A DNA stretch of 64,000 bases from a virus (Duplodnaviria > Caudoviricetes), in the IMG/VR virus record IMGVR_UViG_2928768511_000002, positions 11,660-75,659 of that record; one strand, 5' to 3'. Shown piece by piece: positions 1 through 8,473 of this stretch. The translations under genes and the position numbers were made by a program. The stretch's first letter is position 1. Each line of letters begins with the position of its first letter. The notes under the pieces were generated by a model, which saw only the letters and a program-made list of their open reading frames with translations, did not search any database and had not been told where the DNA came from.

Positions 1-133
1 CCGCGGTAGCCGTCGTACTTCACCTCATGGATCCAATCGGGGCCGGCCGGGACCACCTTCTTGGCCGCCGGCCTGCAAAATTCGAACTTGGTTGGCATGG
101 CCGGCATCTATGCACCGCCGGCCAAATTGCGAG

Positions 134-481
134 TCAGAATTGGCGCAGCGGCAGCAACAGCTGCACGCCGAGCGCCCGCCCGGTGAAGCGCTCGATGAAC
201 TCGCGCACGGTCTCTGTGACCTCGAACCCCTCGGCGACCCGCTGCTCCAAGTCCTTGGCGACATCTTCGGAGGCATCGCGCGACCAGCCTTCGAGCGGAT
301 TGAACGCCACCACGCGCAGCGGATGGTCGTACTGGCCGCTGAGGAGGTCGCTGATCAGCGTCCGGTAGTCAGTCCGGTCCTCGTCCGTCTCACGCCATGC
401 CGGGCCGCTGCTGAAATCCTCCAGCACCAGGTACATGTCCCGGTCGAGCCGGTCTGTTGGGACGATCGAGGGCGAGGCCAT
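134..481 (-). CDS. Conserved rhizobial hypothetical protein (115 aa)
   Basis: Protein-like ORF from ATG at 481 (MASPSIVPTDRLDRDMYLVLEDF...GQYDHPLRVVAFNPLEGWSRDASED); resembles small proteins recalled from Bradyrhizobium. Confidence 0.7.
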   Translation of the reverse strand: MASPSIVPTDRLDRDMYLVLEDFSSGPAWRETDEDRTDYRTLISDLLSGQYDHPLRVVAFNPLEGWSRDASEDVAKDLEQRVAEGFEVTETVREFIERFTGRALGVQLLLPLRQF

Positions 482-521
482 ACGCTGAACTCCAATGACC
501 GGAGTCCAAGGTATGGCGCTG

Positions 522-788
522 TTAACCCAAATGCGAGCCGCTTCCGTCGAGAATCCTGACGTAGGTGCCGCTCTCGTGCAGGAACAGGATCTTGCGATCG
601 ACGAGGAGGTCGAGGCCGGCCTTGTACTCGCCCGCCGTGCCCTTGTCGCGGAAGAGGAATGGGTAGTTGATCTTCTCGATGTGCAGCCGGCCGTCCTGCA
701 CCGGCTCGACCTCCCGGCAAATCTCCAGGAGCCGCCTGGCAACAGCCTCTGGCTTCGCATAAGGCCGTTCCTCGATCATCTTCTTCAT
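522..788 (-). CDS. Small winged-helix-like hypothetical protein (88 aa)
   Basis: ATG at 788 overlaps the upstream TGA (ATGA); MKKMIEERPYAKPEAVARRLLEIC...LHESGTYVRIL. Confidence 0.65.
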   Translation of the reverse strand: MKKMIEERPYAKPEAVARRLLEICREVEPVQDGRLHIEKINYPFLFRDKGTAGEYKAGLDLLVDRKILFLHESGTYVRILDGSGSHLG

Positions 789-1227
789 GCGCCAATTCCC
801 CGGTGGTTGGTGCGGACGTGGTCCGGAATGCCGGCATCCGTGATTTCGGCGCCGCAGAAGCATCTCGACCGGCCTGAAGTCCGCTGCGTCGGCAGCTGCA
901 GGTGCTCGTCGTGCATCCGGCCCTTCCAGGCTTGGAAGTCGCGGTTCTGCCGCCACAGCTCGTAGTGCGCCTCGGTACGGGTTGCCGACAGCTGCCGCCA
1001 GGCCTCCTCGAAGCGGCGCGCGCGTCATCAAAGGTCTCGCCGGTTCCGTGGGTCTGCTGGCCGGGATCACAGCCAGGATAGAACCCACAGCTCCAGCCCC
1101 AATGCGGGGCGTGCGTGGGCACGCCGGCTCTCCGGCCGATGTGGCCGACCCGGACGTCCCCGAAGTAGACGAACCAGCCACCCTCGTGGTGTGGATCATT
1201 GTCCGGCCGACGTGTGAGCTGAGGCAT
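785..1227 (-). pseudogene. Frameshifted hypothetical gene
   Basis: Frame 1 reads MPQLTRRPD...GETFDDARAA; a one-base shift near 1012 continues FEEAWRQLSATRTEAHYELWRQNRDF...SRCFCGAEIT...RGIGA to a TGA coupled to the next ATG. Confidence 0.7.
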
Positions 1228-1317
1228 AGTGCTGAGATCCGATGGGGCGAGGGCGCTGCGCGCCCCAGACCGTACCGTAACAGGGCCGGCGCGCGCGGTG
1301 TGCCCGATCGTAGAGCG

Positions 1318-1378
1318 TGTCGGCCTCGCCGACAGGGTATGTCGGTTATCCCGACACGCCGTGTCGGCCTCGCCGACA
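1318..1378. promoter_or_regulatory. Three 17-bp palindromes TGTCGG-N5-CCGACA at 22-bp period
   Basis: Copies at 1318-1334, 1340-1356 and 1362-1378, followed by an AT-rich tract (1380-1460); the sequence is certain, the function is inferred. Confidence 0.75.
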
Positions 1379-1538
1379 TCTTGAACCGTGTATATTACTA
1401 TCCGTAGATATTAGACTCCTATGATTCAGTAGACTCTACTTAAGAACCAAGAGTGTAATGCGCGCTGCGCGCGTTTGCATTTGCTCCTCCTGTCAGAAAA
1501 AGCCGCAACCTTTTTGCAACACTGCCGGGTTTCCGGCC

Positions 1539-1603
1539 GTTTGCATTGCGTTTGCATGCTCGGCCCAGGTGGGCTTGACAAAACCGGGGTATGGCCGTAG
1601 GAA
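1539..1603 (+). promoter_or_regulatory. Sigma70-type promoter with upstream GTTTGCA direct repeats
   Basis: TTGACA at 1575-1580, 17 bp, TAGGAA; 46-bp block nearly identical to 16886-16931. Confidence 0.65.
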
Positions 1604-1689
1604 AGGGCCTACATTGGCATTCGTGCAAACGAGGATGGGACCAGCAGGTCGGCATCCATAACCCCGGGCAGGGAACTCGTGTCCGGGCG

Positions 1690-1705
1690 TTTGCATGAAT
1701 GCAAG
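1690..1705. promoter_or_regulatory. Operator-like palindrome TTTGC-N6-GCAAA (variant)
   Basis: TTTGCATGAATGCAAG, intergenic; one of 7 related copies. Confidence 0.6.
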
Positions 1706-1729
1706 GATTTCGAAGGGGGCGCTCCGACC

Positions 1730-1876
1730 ATGATGACCGATCTCATGTTCGTAGCCGCATTAGGCCAACTGACGATCCAGCTTCTGACGCTGTGCTTCGG
1801 CGCGATGCTGATCCTGGCCGGAGCGCTCCTGCTGACGAGATGGATGGCCTCGGCCTCCGCCGATCTCGAAGACTGA
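1730..1876 (+). CDS. Small membrane protein (48 aa)
   Basis: Hydrophobic stretch IQLLTLCFGAMLILAGALLL downstream of the promoter. Confidence 0.5.
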   Translation: MMTDLMFVAALGQLTIQLLTLCFGAMLILAGALLLTRWMASASADLED

Positions 1877-1933
1877 GTTTCACAGAGCCCGTAGCAATGC
1901 CCTCGGCAGCTCGGGTCACCACTTGGGGGCGTC

Positions 1934-2206
1934 ATGGTTGACGACAAGGAACAGATCAGACTGCTCGACCTCGCGCTTGATGCGCTGGAGGACGAGCTGA
2001 AGAGCTGGACCCGTCTCGGCACTTGGAAGACCGGCGTCACCCGCCTTGTGCGCAATCCGCTGCACGCCGCGCCGCTCGGCGCACCGGTCGACAAGGACGC
2101 CGAGATCTCGTTCATCGACGTGCCGGACAACGAGGTCAACGGCATCCTGACCCGCGTCGCCATGGACAAGGTCGTCACCGTGCTCCGCAAGGAGCTGCAG
2201 GGATGA
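1934..2206 (+). CDS. Phage hypothetical protein (90 aa)
   Basis: Strong GC3 codon bias; ATGA overlap with the next gene. Confidence 0.7.
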   Translation: MVDDKEQIRLLDLALDALEDELKSWTRLGTWKTGVTRLVRNPLHAAPLGAPVDKDAEISFIDVPDNEVNGILTRVAMDKVVTVLRKELQG

Positions 2207-2448
2207 ACGTCGGCGAGTTCCTGCTGATCGCCGGCTGCTCGATCATCATCGCGGCCGGCATCACTGCCTGGCGCTTCAGGCCGAAGCCTCGGGTCTCGGG
2301 CTTCGGCGCCGAGGACGTCGAGCTGCTGACCATGCCGGCGCACGAGCGCGTCGCTCGCCAACTCTGCCGCTTCCACGGCCAGCCCGAATTCATGTGGCGC
2401 CGGTACACGGCGCTTGCCGTCGCCCAAATCCTGCAGAGGAAGCCATGA
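2203..2448 (+). CDS. Small N-terminally anchored membrane protein (81 aa)
   Basis: MNVGEFLLIAGCSIIIAAGITAW; translationally coupled on both sides. Confidence 0.65.
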   Translation: MNVGEFLLIAGCSIIIAAGITAWRFRPKPRVSGFGAEDVELLTMPAHERVARQLCRFHGQPEFMWRRYTALAVAQILQRKP

Positions 2449-2579
2449 GCCGTCGAAGACAGTTGCAGTTCATCCAGGCGCAGATCCGCGCTGAGCTTCA
2501 GGACCGCCTGACCCGCACGGTGCTCATCGCCTTCAGCATCTGCGCCGCCGCCAACCTCCTGTTCGGCGGCATCCACTGA
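2445..2579 (+). CDS. Small membrane protein (44 aa)
   Basis: ATGA coupling; C-terminal TM VLIAFSICAAANLLFGG. Confidence 0.55.
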   Translation: MSRRRQLQFIQAQIRAELQDRLTRTVLIAFSICAAANLLFGGIH

Positions 2580-2717
2580 TTTCAAGAGCCCGCTGACTGC
2601 CCCGAGCAGCGCGGGCCCACCCTTACCCATGAGGCCCGGCCAATGGCGAGATCGACGTACATCTACCTCGTCGTGCCGGCGGCGTCTTCGGCGCGCAGCT
2701 CGCAGACGAGGTGATCC

Positions 2718-2945
2718 ATGACAAGGCCTGACCCGATCTCAACATCACCGCTCGCCGCGATCGCGCTGCAGGCCATCACCCAGCTCGACAAGCTCGTCGG
2801 GCCGGTCGAGGCGCAGTTCTGGATGCAGCGATCCAACGATTTTCTCGGCGGAGTCACACCAATCACCGCCATCAAGGAACGACGTTCCGCCGACGTCATG
2901 GCTGCGGTGCGCATCGTCGCAATCGAAAAGGGGCTCTTCGAGTAG
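2718..2945 (+). CDS. Stand-alone Xre/MbcA/ParS antitoxin C-terminal (DUF2384-like) protein
   Basis: Motif AQFWMQRSNDFLGGVTPITAI...V matches the W..PN..LGG.TP pattern of DUF2384. Confidence 0.6.
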   Translation: MTRPDPISTSPLAAIALQAITQLDKLVGPVEAQFWMQRSNDFLGGVTPITAIKERRSADVMAAVRIVAIEKGLFE

Positions 2946-2964
2946 CCCCGGAAGGGAGCTGAAC

Positions 2965-3213
2965 TTGAAGGACCGCTACGCACTCGTCGCTGCGACCGAG
3001 CACATCGCTCAGCAGCTCCTCGACGCCTTCGGCCTCAAGGGCTGGGAGGCCTACGGCTACACCGCCGCGGTGACCGGCTCCCGCTTCGAGCGCCTCGTCA
3101 TCCTGCGCCCGCACTGGAACGCGACCGGCGCCGAGATCGCGCAGTTCGAGACCGAGTTCGTGCCGCACTGGCACACGCGCGTCCCGCCCGGCGGCACCTT
3201 CAAGGTGATCTGA
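2965..3213 (+). CDS. Phage hypothetical protein (82 aa)
   Basis: TTG start after GGAG; coupled to the next gene. Confidence 0.6.
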   Translation: MKDRYALVAATEHIAQQLLDAFGLKGWEAYGYTAAVTGSRFERLVILRPHWNATGAEIAQFETEFVPHWHTRVPPGGTFKVI

Positions 3214-3356
3214 TGAACCAGAACATCGTCAGCATCGTCTGTGCTGCCGTCCTGGTCTTCGCGACCGCCATCAACATCTTCGCCGCGTTCAAGCTGACAC
3301 GCGCCGAGGACAAGGTCAGCAACATCTTCTGTGTCGAGGCGCCGCAAGGGCGCTGA
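3213..3356 (+). CDS. Small membrane protein (47 aa)
   Basis: TGATG coupling; IVSIVCAAVLVFATAINIFAAF. Confidence 0.55.
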   Translation: MNQNIVSIVCAAVLVFATAINIFAAFKLTRAEDKVSNIFCVEAPQGR

Positions 3357-3591
3357 GGAGCGCTCATGCCGTTTCCGTATTCCTTTTCAGCTACGTCATC
3401 TGGCAAGCCTCCATCGAGCGGGCTTTCCTCTACACCCCCGTCGAGGTGCGCCAGTGAGATGCTTCAAGACCTTTGATCGTCTTCTCCTCCTCGCGCCCCT
3501 AATGCTCGTCATTGCAGCCGTCGTGGCGCTGCACCTGATCTGCCTGTTGTTCGGCTAGAGCACCCCCGGCGCGCAACCGAGCCACGCCAAA

Positions 3592-4092
3592 ATGAAAGCT
3601 CTGATCAACGCCCTCGCGGGCGTGCTGTTGCTGTGCGCCCTGACGCCAGCGTCGGCCAAAGACGTGCCTGTCCAGTTCACCTCTGGCCGGGCCGCGACGT
3701 TCATCACCGACGACCCCGGTGGCATCATCACCGACTTCGTCAAGAAGTACTCCGACATGCGCGACGCCGGCACCAACGTGGTGATCGACGGCGAGTGCGC
3801 ATCAGCCTGCACCATCGTGCTGGGCATTCTGCGCCCCGAGAAGGTCTGCGCAACGCCCGACGCCTCTCTCGGCTTCCACTCCGCCACGGCCATCACCCGT
3901 GAGGACGGCAAGGCGCCAGTCTTCGAGCACGCCGCCGAGATCTCCAAGCTCATCTTCAATAGCTACCCGGGCGAGGTCCGGGCCTGGCTGACGAAGCAGG
4001 GCTGGAACGGCGACAATCCCACAGTCATCTGGGCGAGGGGAGGTCAGGTCCGGAAGTTCATCCGGCCTTGCACCGCGGCGGACCTGTCGTGA
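3592..4092 (+). CDS. Secreted ClpP/crotonase-like fold protein
   Basis: Signal peptide; DPGG...VIDGECASACTIVLG...LGFHSA pattern. Confidence 0.65.
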   Translation: MKALINALAGVLLLCALTPASAKDVPVQFTSGRAATFITDDPGGIITDFVKKYSDMRDAGTNVVIDGECASACTIVLGILRPEKVCATPDASLGFHSATAITREDGKAPVFEHAAEISKLIFNSYPGEVRAWLTKQGWNGDNPTVIWARGGQVRKFIRPCTAADLS

Positions 4093-4439
4093 GCCGCCGC
4101 CCTCTGCCTGATCGGCGCAAGCTCCCGAAGATCATCAAGGTCGGGATCACGGAATTCGAGCTGATCCACTGGGATCCCGTCGAGGCGGAAGCCGAGGGAT
4201 GCCGTGGGCTCTGCAACGTCTTCGAATACCACATCAAGGTCCGGACCGATCTTCCGGACTCGCACTTCGCGGAAGTGCTTGAGCACGAAATCAACCACGC
4301 CTGCTGGGCGGCGGCGAAGCTCAAGTCCAGAGCCAGCGAGGAAACTGTCGTCAATCGCTTGACGCCTGTCCTCATCATGGCCCGCCGCGACAACCCCGAG
4401 ATCTATGCCTGGATCGATCGGGCGATCGCGAAAGCCTGA
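4089..4439 (+). CDS. Phage HExxH (zincin-like) protein
   Basis: GTGA coupling; motif EVLEHEINHA. Confidence 0.65.
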   Translation: MSRRPLPDRRKLPKIIKVGITEFELIHWDPVEAEAEGCRGLCNVFEYHIKVRTDLPDSHFAEVLEHEINHACWAAAKLKSRASEETVVNRLTPVLIMARRDNPEIYAWIDRAIAKA

Positions 4440-4441
4440 CC

Positions 4442-4750
4442 ATGTACAAGAACGTGATGGTCGCCTCTTCCAAGAGGCAGGCCACGGCGATGATCGCCTG
4501 GATGAAGCTCGACGCCGACGTGTGGGAGCCGCTCGCATATGGCGACCCCGTCACCAAGCTCTACGCGCACGCCAAGCTCGTGCGGCCGAGCGAGGGCGTC
4601 GACCAAGCCCATTCCGACTGGGTGTTCGAGAAGCTCGTCCCCAACCTGTGCCTGACGGCGACCACAGTTCCCCCGAACTGGAAGATCCCGCAGGAGCACG
4701 TCGAATACCGGCCAACAACAAGAACAACAAGCCTGGCGATAGCTTACTAG
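4442..4750 (+). CDS. Phage hypothetical protein (102 aa)
   Basis: ATG 2 bp after the previous stop; phage-like codon usage. Confidence 0.6.
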   Translation: MYKNVMVASSKRQATAMIAWMKLDADVWEPLAYGDPVTKLYAHAKLVRPSEGVDQAHSDWVFEKLVPNLCLTATTVPPNWKIPQEHVEYRPTTRTTSLAIAY

Positions 4751-4790
4751 CTGATTTTCGGCTATCATGGCCTTTGCATGGGGTATTTCC

Positions 4791-5534
4791 ATGATGAAGC
4801 CGATCTTTCGTTCGCTTCCTTTGCTCTTCTTCGGCATCGTGACTGCGCACGCCGTCGATGTGGTCACTATCAGTGAACAACAAATGCGTGCTCAAATAGA
4901 GCAGGGCCATTGTCCGGCAGATTTGACGCATGTCCAACAAACGACTGAGCGTACTCATGGATGCCAGGCGCTTTGCGGTGCGGCCAGCGCAAAGTTGTAC
5001 AATTGTTCTCCCGGCGCTGATGATTTTGTCGGCTATGAGCCCGAATGCATAAAGGAGGTGAACCGACTAAATGAGTTGATAAATCAATACAATCAGCACT
5101 TGGACAACTGCAAGGCGGCAGACAAGAGGGGCTCTCGGCAGCCAGCAAGTACTGGGAGCGGCTATACACCTCCGGCGACTGGAAGTGGATCATCAAGACC
5201 CAGCAGCTCGGCACGACAACAAAAGACTAAGACCGATGCACTCGGGGGGCCCATCACTGAGTCCGGTCGGGTATCAAAGGGAAGCCACAATCCGGGGCAG
5301 GAACCTAAGCAAGGCGGCAGAAATTGTGGCCGCTCCTATACCCAATGTAGTGAAAACTGTGGCAAAACCCCGAATTACTTAACTGCTTGCCGGGCCGAAT
5401 TTGCCAGCGATGTTGCCCGCAGGACCACCTCAGCTCTTTACGACTGTATGCAACGTGTCGATAAGCGTTGGGATGCATCTCACAAGCCACAATTTGATGC
5501 CTGTATGGATCGGTGTTTATGTAATTCTCGATAG
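4791..5534 (+). CDS. Secreted Cys-rich protein (moron-like)
   Basis: Signal peptide, two Cys-rich domains separated by a Ser/Gly/Pro linker; visibly more AT-rich than the flanks. Confidence 0.65.
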   Translation: MMKPIFRSLPLLFFGIVTAHAVDVVTISEQQMRAQIEQGHCPADLTHVQQTTERTHGCQALCGAASAKLYNCSPGADDFVGYEPECIKEVNRLNELINQYNQHLDNCKAADKRGSRQPASTGSGYTPPATGSGSSRPSSSARQQKTKTDALGGPITESGRVSKGSHNPGQEPKQGGRNCGRSYTQCSENCGKTPNYLTACRAEFASDVARRTTSALYDCMQRVDKRWDASHKPQFDACMDRCLCNSR

Positions 5535-6528
5535 AACGCCCGCACAGCCTGTCCGATGCGAAATGTCGAGGCCGCGATCGGCCAAGCGCTGACCAGTGAA
5601 GCACATGCCGATCTCGCGGCAAGTATTCGCGGGCGATCTGCGGCCCTCGAGCGGCACCGCGCGCGCAGCAAGCACATCAAAAGGTGTCGCGAAACACCAA
5701 GCTCACCGAGCTGCGCATCGAGCGCAAGCGCCGCCGCCAAAGCGCCGGCTTAATCGAACCACCAACCCCGGAGCACAGAACAGGGAGTAGGGACATTGAT
5801 CCCTGACCAACTGCTAAGACCCGGCCTGCGGCGGGGGTTTCCTCCTCCTTTACCCCGCCGCGCCCGATGACAAATCAGCTCTGCTGCAAAACATCGGGCA
5901 CCCAACGTTTCAACTCTAACCAGATAGGTGGCATCCCGCCCCGGTAACGGGTGTCGGCTCTAACGGGTAAGCCAGTATTCCCGTAGCCCTCGTAATTCTT
6001 CAAAGCGGCCTCTGAGGAGGAACGGCTGATCCCCGTCAACGCGATGCAGTTGAGGCATAGGTCGGTCGACTTCTGGATTGGACCGCCCCCACCTAATGGC
6101 TCGTGATGTCGCGCGGCGGCGTCATAGCGCACAGCCAATCGGCGAAGAGGTCCATGGTAAGTCGCCGACGACCGTTGTTACCATTCTGCCAGAGTGGTGA
6201 CAGAAGATCAGCGTGATGCAGATCGAGGTCGAAAGGATCAGAGTCGTCATCCTGCGGGATGGCGACGGTCACGAGCCAACTATTACTTCCCCAAGAGCGG
6301 TGACGCGACATGCGTCCAGCGCAGGAACTGCGCGATGGCGATGGTGCCCCACGAGCCCTGAGATCCGACACGAGGTGCTCCGCTCTTGCTATCTTTCCCT
6401 CGGTGCCAGCCGATCGTCACCTGATGACATAGGGGTGGCTGGTTAAATGGGGCCATGCGCCAAGCCGAGTGCTCACGAACTGTGAGCGCAGCCCGTCACC
6501 CATGCGGTGGCCGGCACCAATTCGCGGC

Positions 6529-7308
6529 CTAATATACCTGATCGCACAGGCAGCCGCCGGCATCGTTGATAGCTTTTCGACCTATCCCTGGGAAAAGGTG
6601 TTCTGCCTCCTCAGCAAGATCGCTACGTTTCGCCAAGCAAGTATCTTTGTCCCTGATGCCAATTTGCGCCAAACCGCCCTTGGCGCCGTTCACAAAGCTC
6701 ACTGCCCAGTACCACTCGGGACGTGCCATTTCCTTCGCGCATTTGAGGCTCTTCGGAGCGATAGATTTTGCGATCTGCTCGGCGTTGTCTTTGGCGTCAA
6801 TAAAGGCCCGGTTGATGTCGACACCTGCCTGTTCGATCCAACTCCGGCGGTGTGGAGGTGGCTCCGGCTCAATGGCGTGCACATGCAAGTCGTCGCCATA
6901 GGGTATACCGAATGTTTCGTCTATCAGGCGGGCGGCGCGCCTGCAGTATATAGGGTTGTTATACTTCCTGCACCATTTGGCGTGAAACAATGCGTCTTTT
7001 GCGTTGCGTACATACTCCGGAGAGCACGGTGCGTTTGAAGTTGAGCAGTCCAGAATCCTGCGACTGATTTCCTCTGCTTCCAAAGCGAGTGGATATGGAG
7101 GTGGATATTGGCGCAGATATTTTACTCCGGGCTCTTGGCATTCCTTCGCCATGGTCTCGGCATCCTCGTGGGCAACCGGGATATCTTGTTGGCAGTGTCT
7201 GAGGTGCTCACTTAAGAGCGCTCTCGCTGCGCTTTGAAGCTGATCCGCTGCAGCTTGAACAGGAGCAATGAAGAATACCGTAACGGCCAAATATAGAAGG
7301 TACCGCAT
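6529..7308 (-). CDS. Secreted Cys-rich protein (moron-like)
   Basis: AAGGAGG RBS before ATG at 7308; signal peptide MRYLLYLAVTVFFIAPVQA; many Cys. Confidence 0.7.
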   Translation of the reverse strand: MRYLLYLAVTVFFIAPVQAAADQLQSAARALLSEHLRHCQQDIPVAHEDAETMAKECQEPGVKYLRQYPPPYPLALEAEEISRRILDCSTSNAPCSPEYVRNAKDALFHAKWCRKYNNPIYCRRAARLIDETFGIPYGDDLHVHAIEPEPPPHRRSWIEQAGVDINRAFIDAKDNAEQIAKSIAPKSLKCAKEMARPEWYWAVSFVNGAKGGLAQIGIRDKDTCLAKRSDLAEEAEHLFPGIGRKAINDAGGCLCDQVY

Positions 7309-7352
7309 AGCGACCTCCTTCTTATCGTCTCGGACCGAAAATACCACGAAGG

Positions 7353-7427
7353 GCCAGTGTAGCTCAACGGTAGAGCAGCGGAATCATAAACCGCAGGTCG
7401 TTGGTTCAACTCCTCCCCCTGGCACCA
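7353..7427 (+). tRNA. tRNA-Met(CAT), degenerate
   Basis: Cloverleaf with encoded CCA and loop ATCATAA; mismatches in the acceptor (6:67), anticodon stem and T stem. Confidence 0.75.
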
Positions 7428-7593
7428 TCATTCGGTCGAGGACGGAACGGCCTCCCGTCGCGCCATGATGACGATGGCAAAGTAGCTGACGCCGCCGCGT
7501 TGCGGGTAGCGAAGAGATGCGGGAGAGAGCGCCCCGCCGATCGAAACGCAATTCACGCCATTCAAAATTCATGCATCGGGGTCCTCTGGCGTG

Positions 7594-7627
7594 AAAAACA
7601 AAAGGGCCTGCGGTAAACGCAGGCCCT
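7594..7627 (-). terminator. Intrinsic terminator of the 43-aa peptide gene
   Basis: 10-bp stem AGGGCCTGCG/CGCAGGCCCT followed by TTTTGTTTTT on the minus strand. Confidence 0.75.
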
Positions 7628-7657
7628 CGAAGCGATCAGAAAATGAAGGAGCGATGA

Positions 7658-7789
7658 TTACTTGCCGCCACCACCCGGATCATGGCCGCCGCCGCCGGCA
7701 ACGACCGTCTGCGAACTGAGGGTGAGGACACCGATTGTCCCGCCCGCGAGCCCAAGAACCAACGCGATAGCGATAACGATCTTGCGCAT
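7658..7789 (-). CDS. 43-aa secreted peptide (below the ORF-track cutoff)
   Basis: GAGGTG RBS; MRKIVIAIALVLGLAGGTIGVLTLSSQTVVAGGGGHDPGGGGK; own terminator. Confidence 0.6.
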   Translation of the reverse strand: MRKIVIAIALVLGLAGGTIGVLTLSSQTVVAGGGGHDPGGGGK

Positions 7790-7896
7790 TTGACACCTCA
7801 AAAGAGTAAGTCACGAACATTAGTTCTGACTGGCATTGCGGTTGTTCAAGGGCAAGCTCGTTAAGTTTTCGTAATCCAAAATATTATGGAGAAACA

Positions 7897-8388
7897 ATGC
7901 GACGGCTGCGGTCGGCGATCTGTGCCGGCTGCCAGTCGCCATTTGTGACGCGGAACGCGAACCCTAAATTCTGCTCCAGCTCTTGCGCTGCGATGTTCAA
8001 TAACTCGTTCGCTCCAAAGCGTGCAGCAAAGCCGCGTCTGCCTTGCGAAGTGTGCGGCGAGCCAACCAGGCGAAAGCGGTTTTGCAGTCGCCTCTGCACG
8101 TACGAAGGTCAGAGGAAGTACTCCACCGAAGAGGAACGGCGGAAAGCTGACCGAGCGATCAAAAATGAAGCTTGGCAGCGCTACATGGCGCGCCGTCGAA
8201 ACCAGACGCCGGTCAATGTCGATGTGAAGGCGTTGCAAGAGATCTATCTGACTTGCCCGGAAGGGTACGAGGTAGACCACAAGATCCCGATCTCGAAGGG
8301 CGGTTTGCACTGCCCGTCAAATCTGCAGCACCTCCCAACACCTGAGAACAGGCGAAAGGGGGCGAAGCTGCTTCCAGAATATCAGTGA
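7897..8388 (+). CDS. Freestanding HNH endonuclease with N-terminal Zn-finger repeats
   Basis: CxxC...FCS..C repeats; EVDHKIPISKGGLHCPSNLQHL...ENRRKG. Confidence 0.85.
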   Translation: MRRLRSAICAGCQSPFVTRNANPKFCSSSCAAMFNNSFAPKRAAKPRLPCEVCGEPTRRKRFCSRLCTYEGQRKYSTEEERRKADRAIKNEAWQRYMARRRNQTPVNVDVKALQEIYLTCPEGYEVDHKIPISKGGLHCPSNLQHLPTPENRRKGAKLLPEYQ

Positions 8389-8454
8389 GCGCATGGGCGC
8401 GGCCCGGTCTCCAAAACCGTGTGTCCGCTGGTTCGAATCCAGCCACGGATGCCA
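8381..8454 (+). tRNA. tRNA-Trp(CCA), atypical
   Basis: Loop CTCCAAA, perfect T arm GCTGG-TTCGAAT-CCAGC, G73 and CCA; short D region; 5' end overlaps the HNH stop. Confidence 0.7.
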
Positions 8455-8473
8455 ACCAAATGCACTGTGCTGC

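Noticed and set aside
1318-1378. CRISPR mini-array or canonical NifA UAS
   Set aside because: Spacers are only 5 bp and no cas genes are present; spacing is TGT-N11-ACA rather than N10, and no convincing sigma54 promoter is nearby.
5556-6446. Several short ORFs between the two secreted-protein genes
   Set aside because: No motifs, clear RBS or codon bias; they cannot be supported as genes.
7815-7826. GAAC-N4-GTTC SOS-box-like site
   Set aside because: This is the Firmicute LexA form; alphaproteobacterial LexA binds GTTC-N7-GTTC, and no exact match was found.
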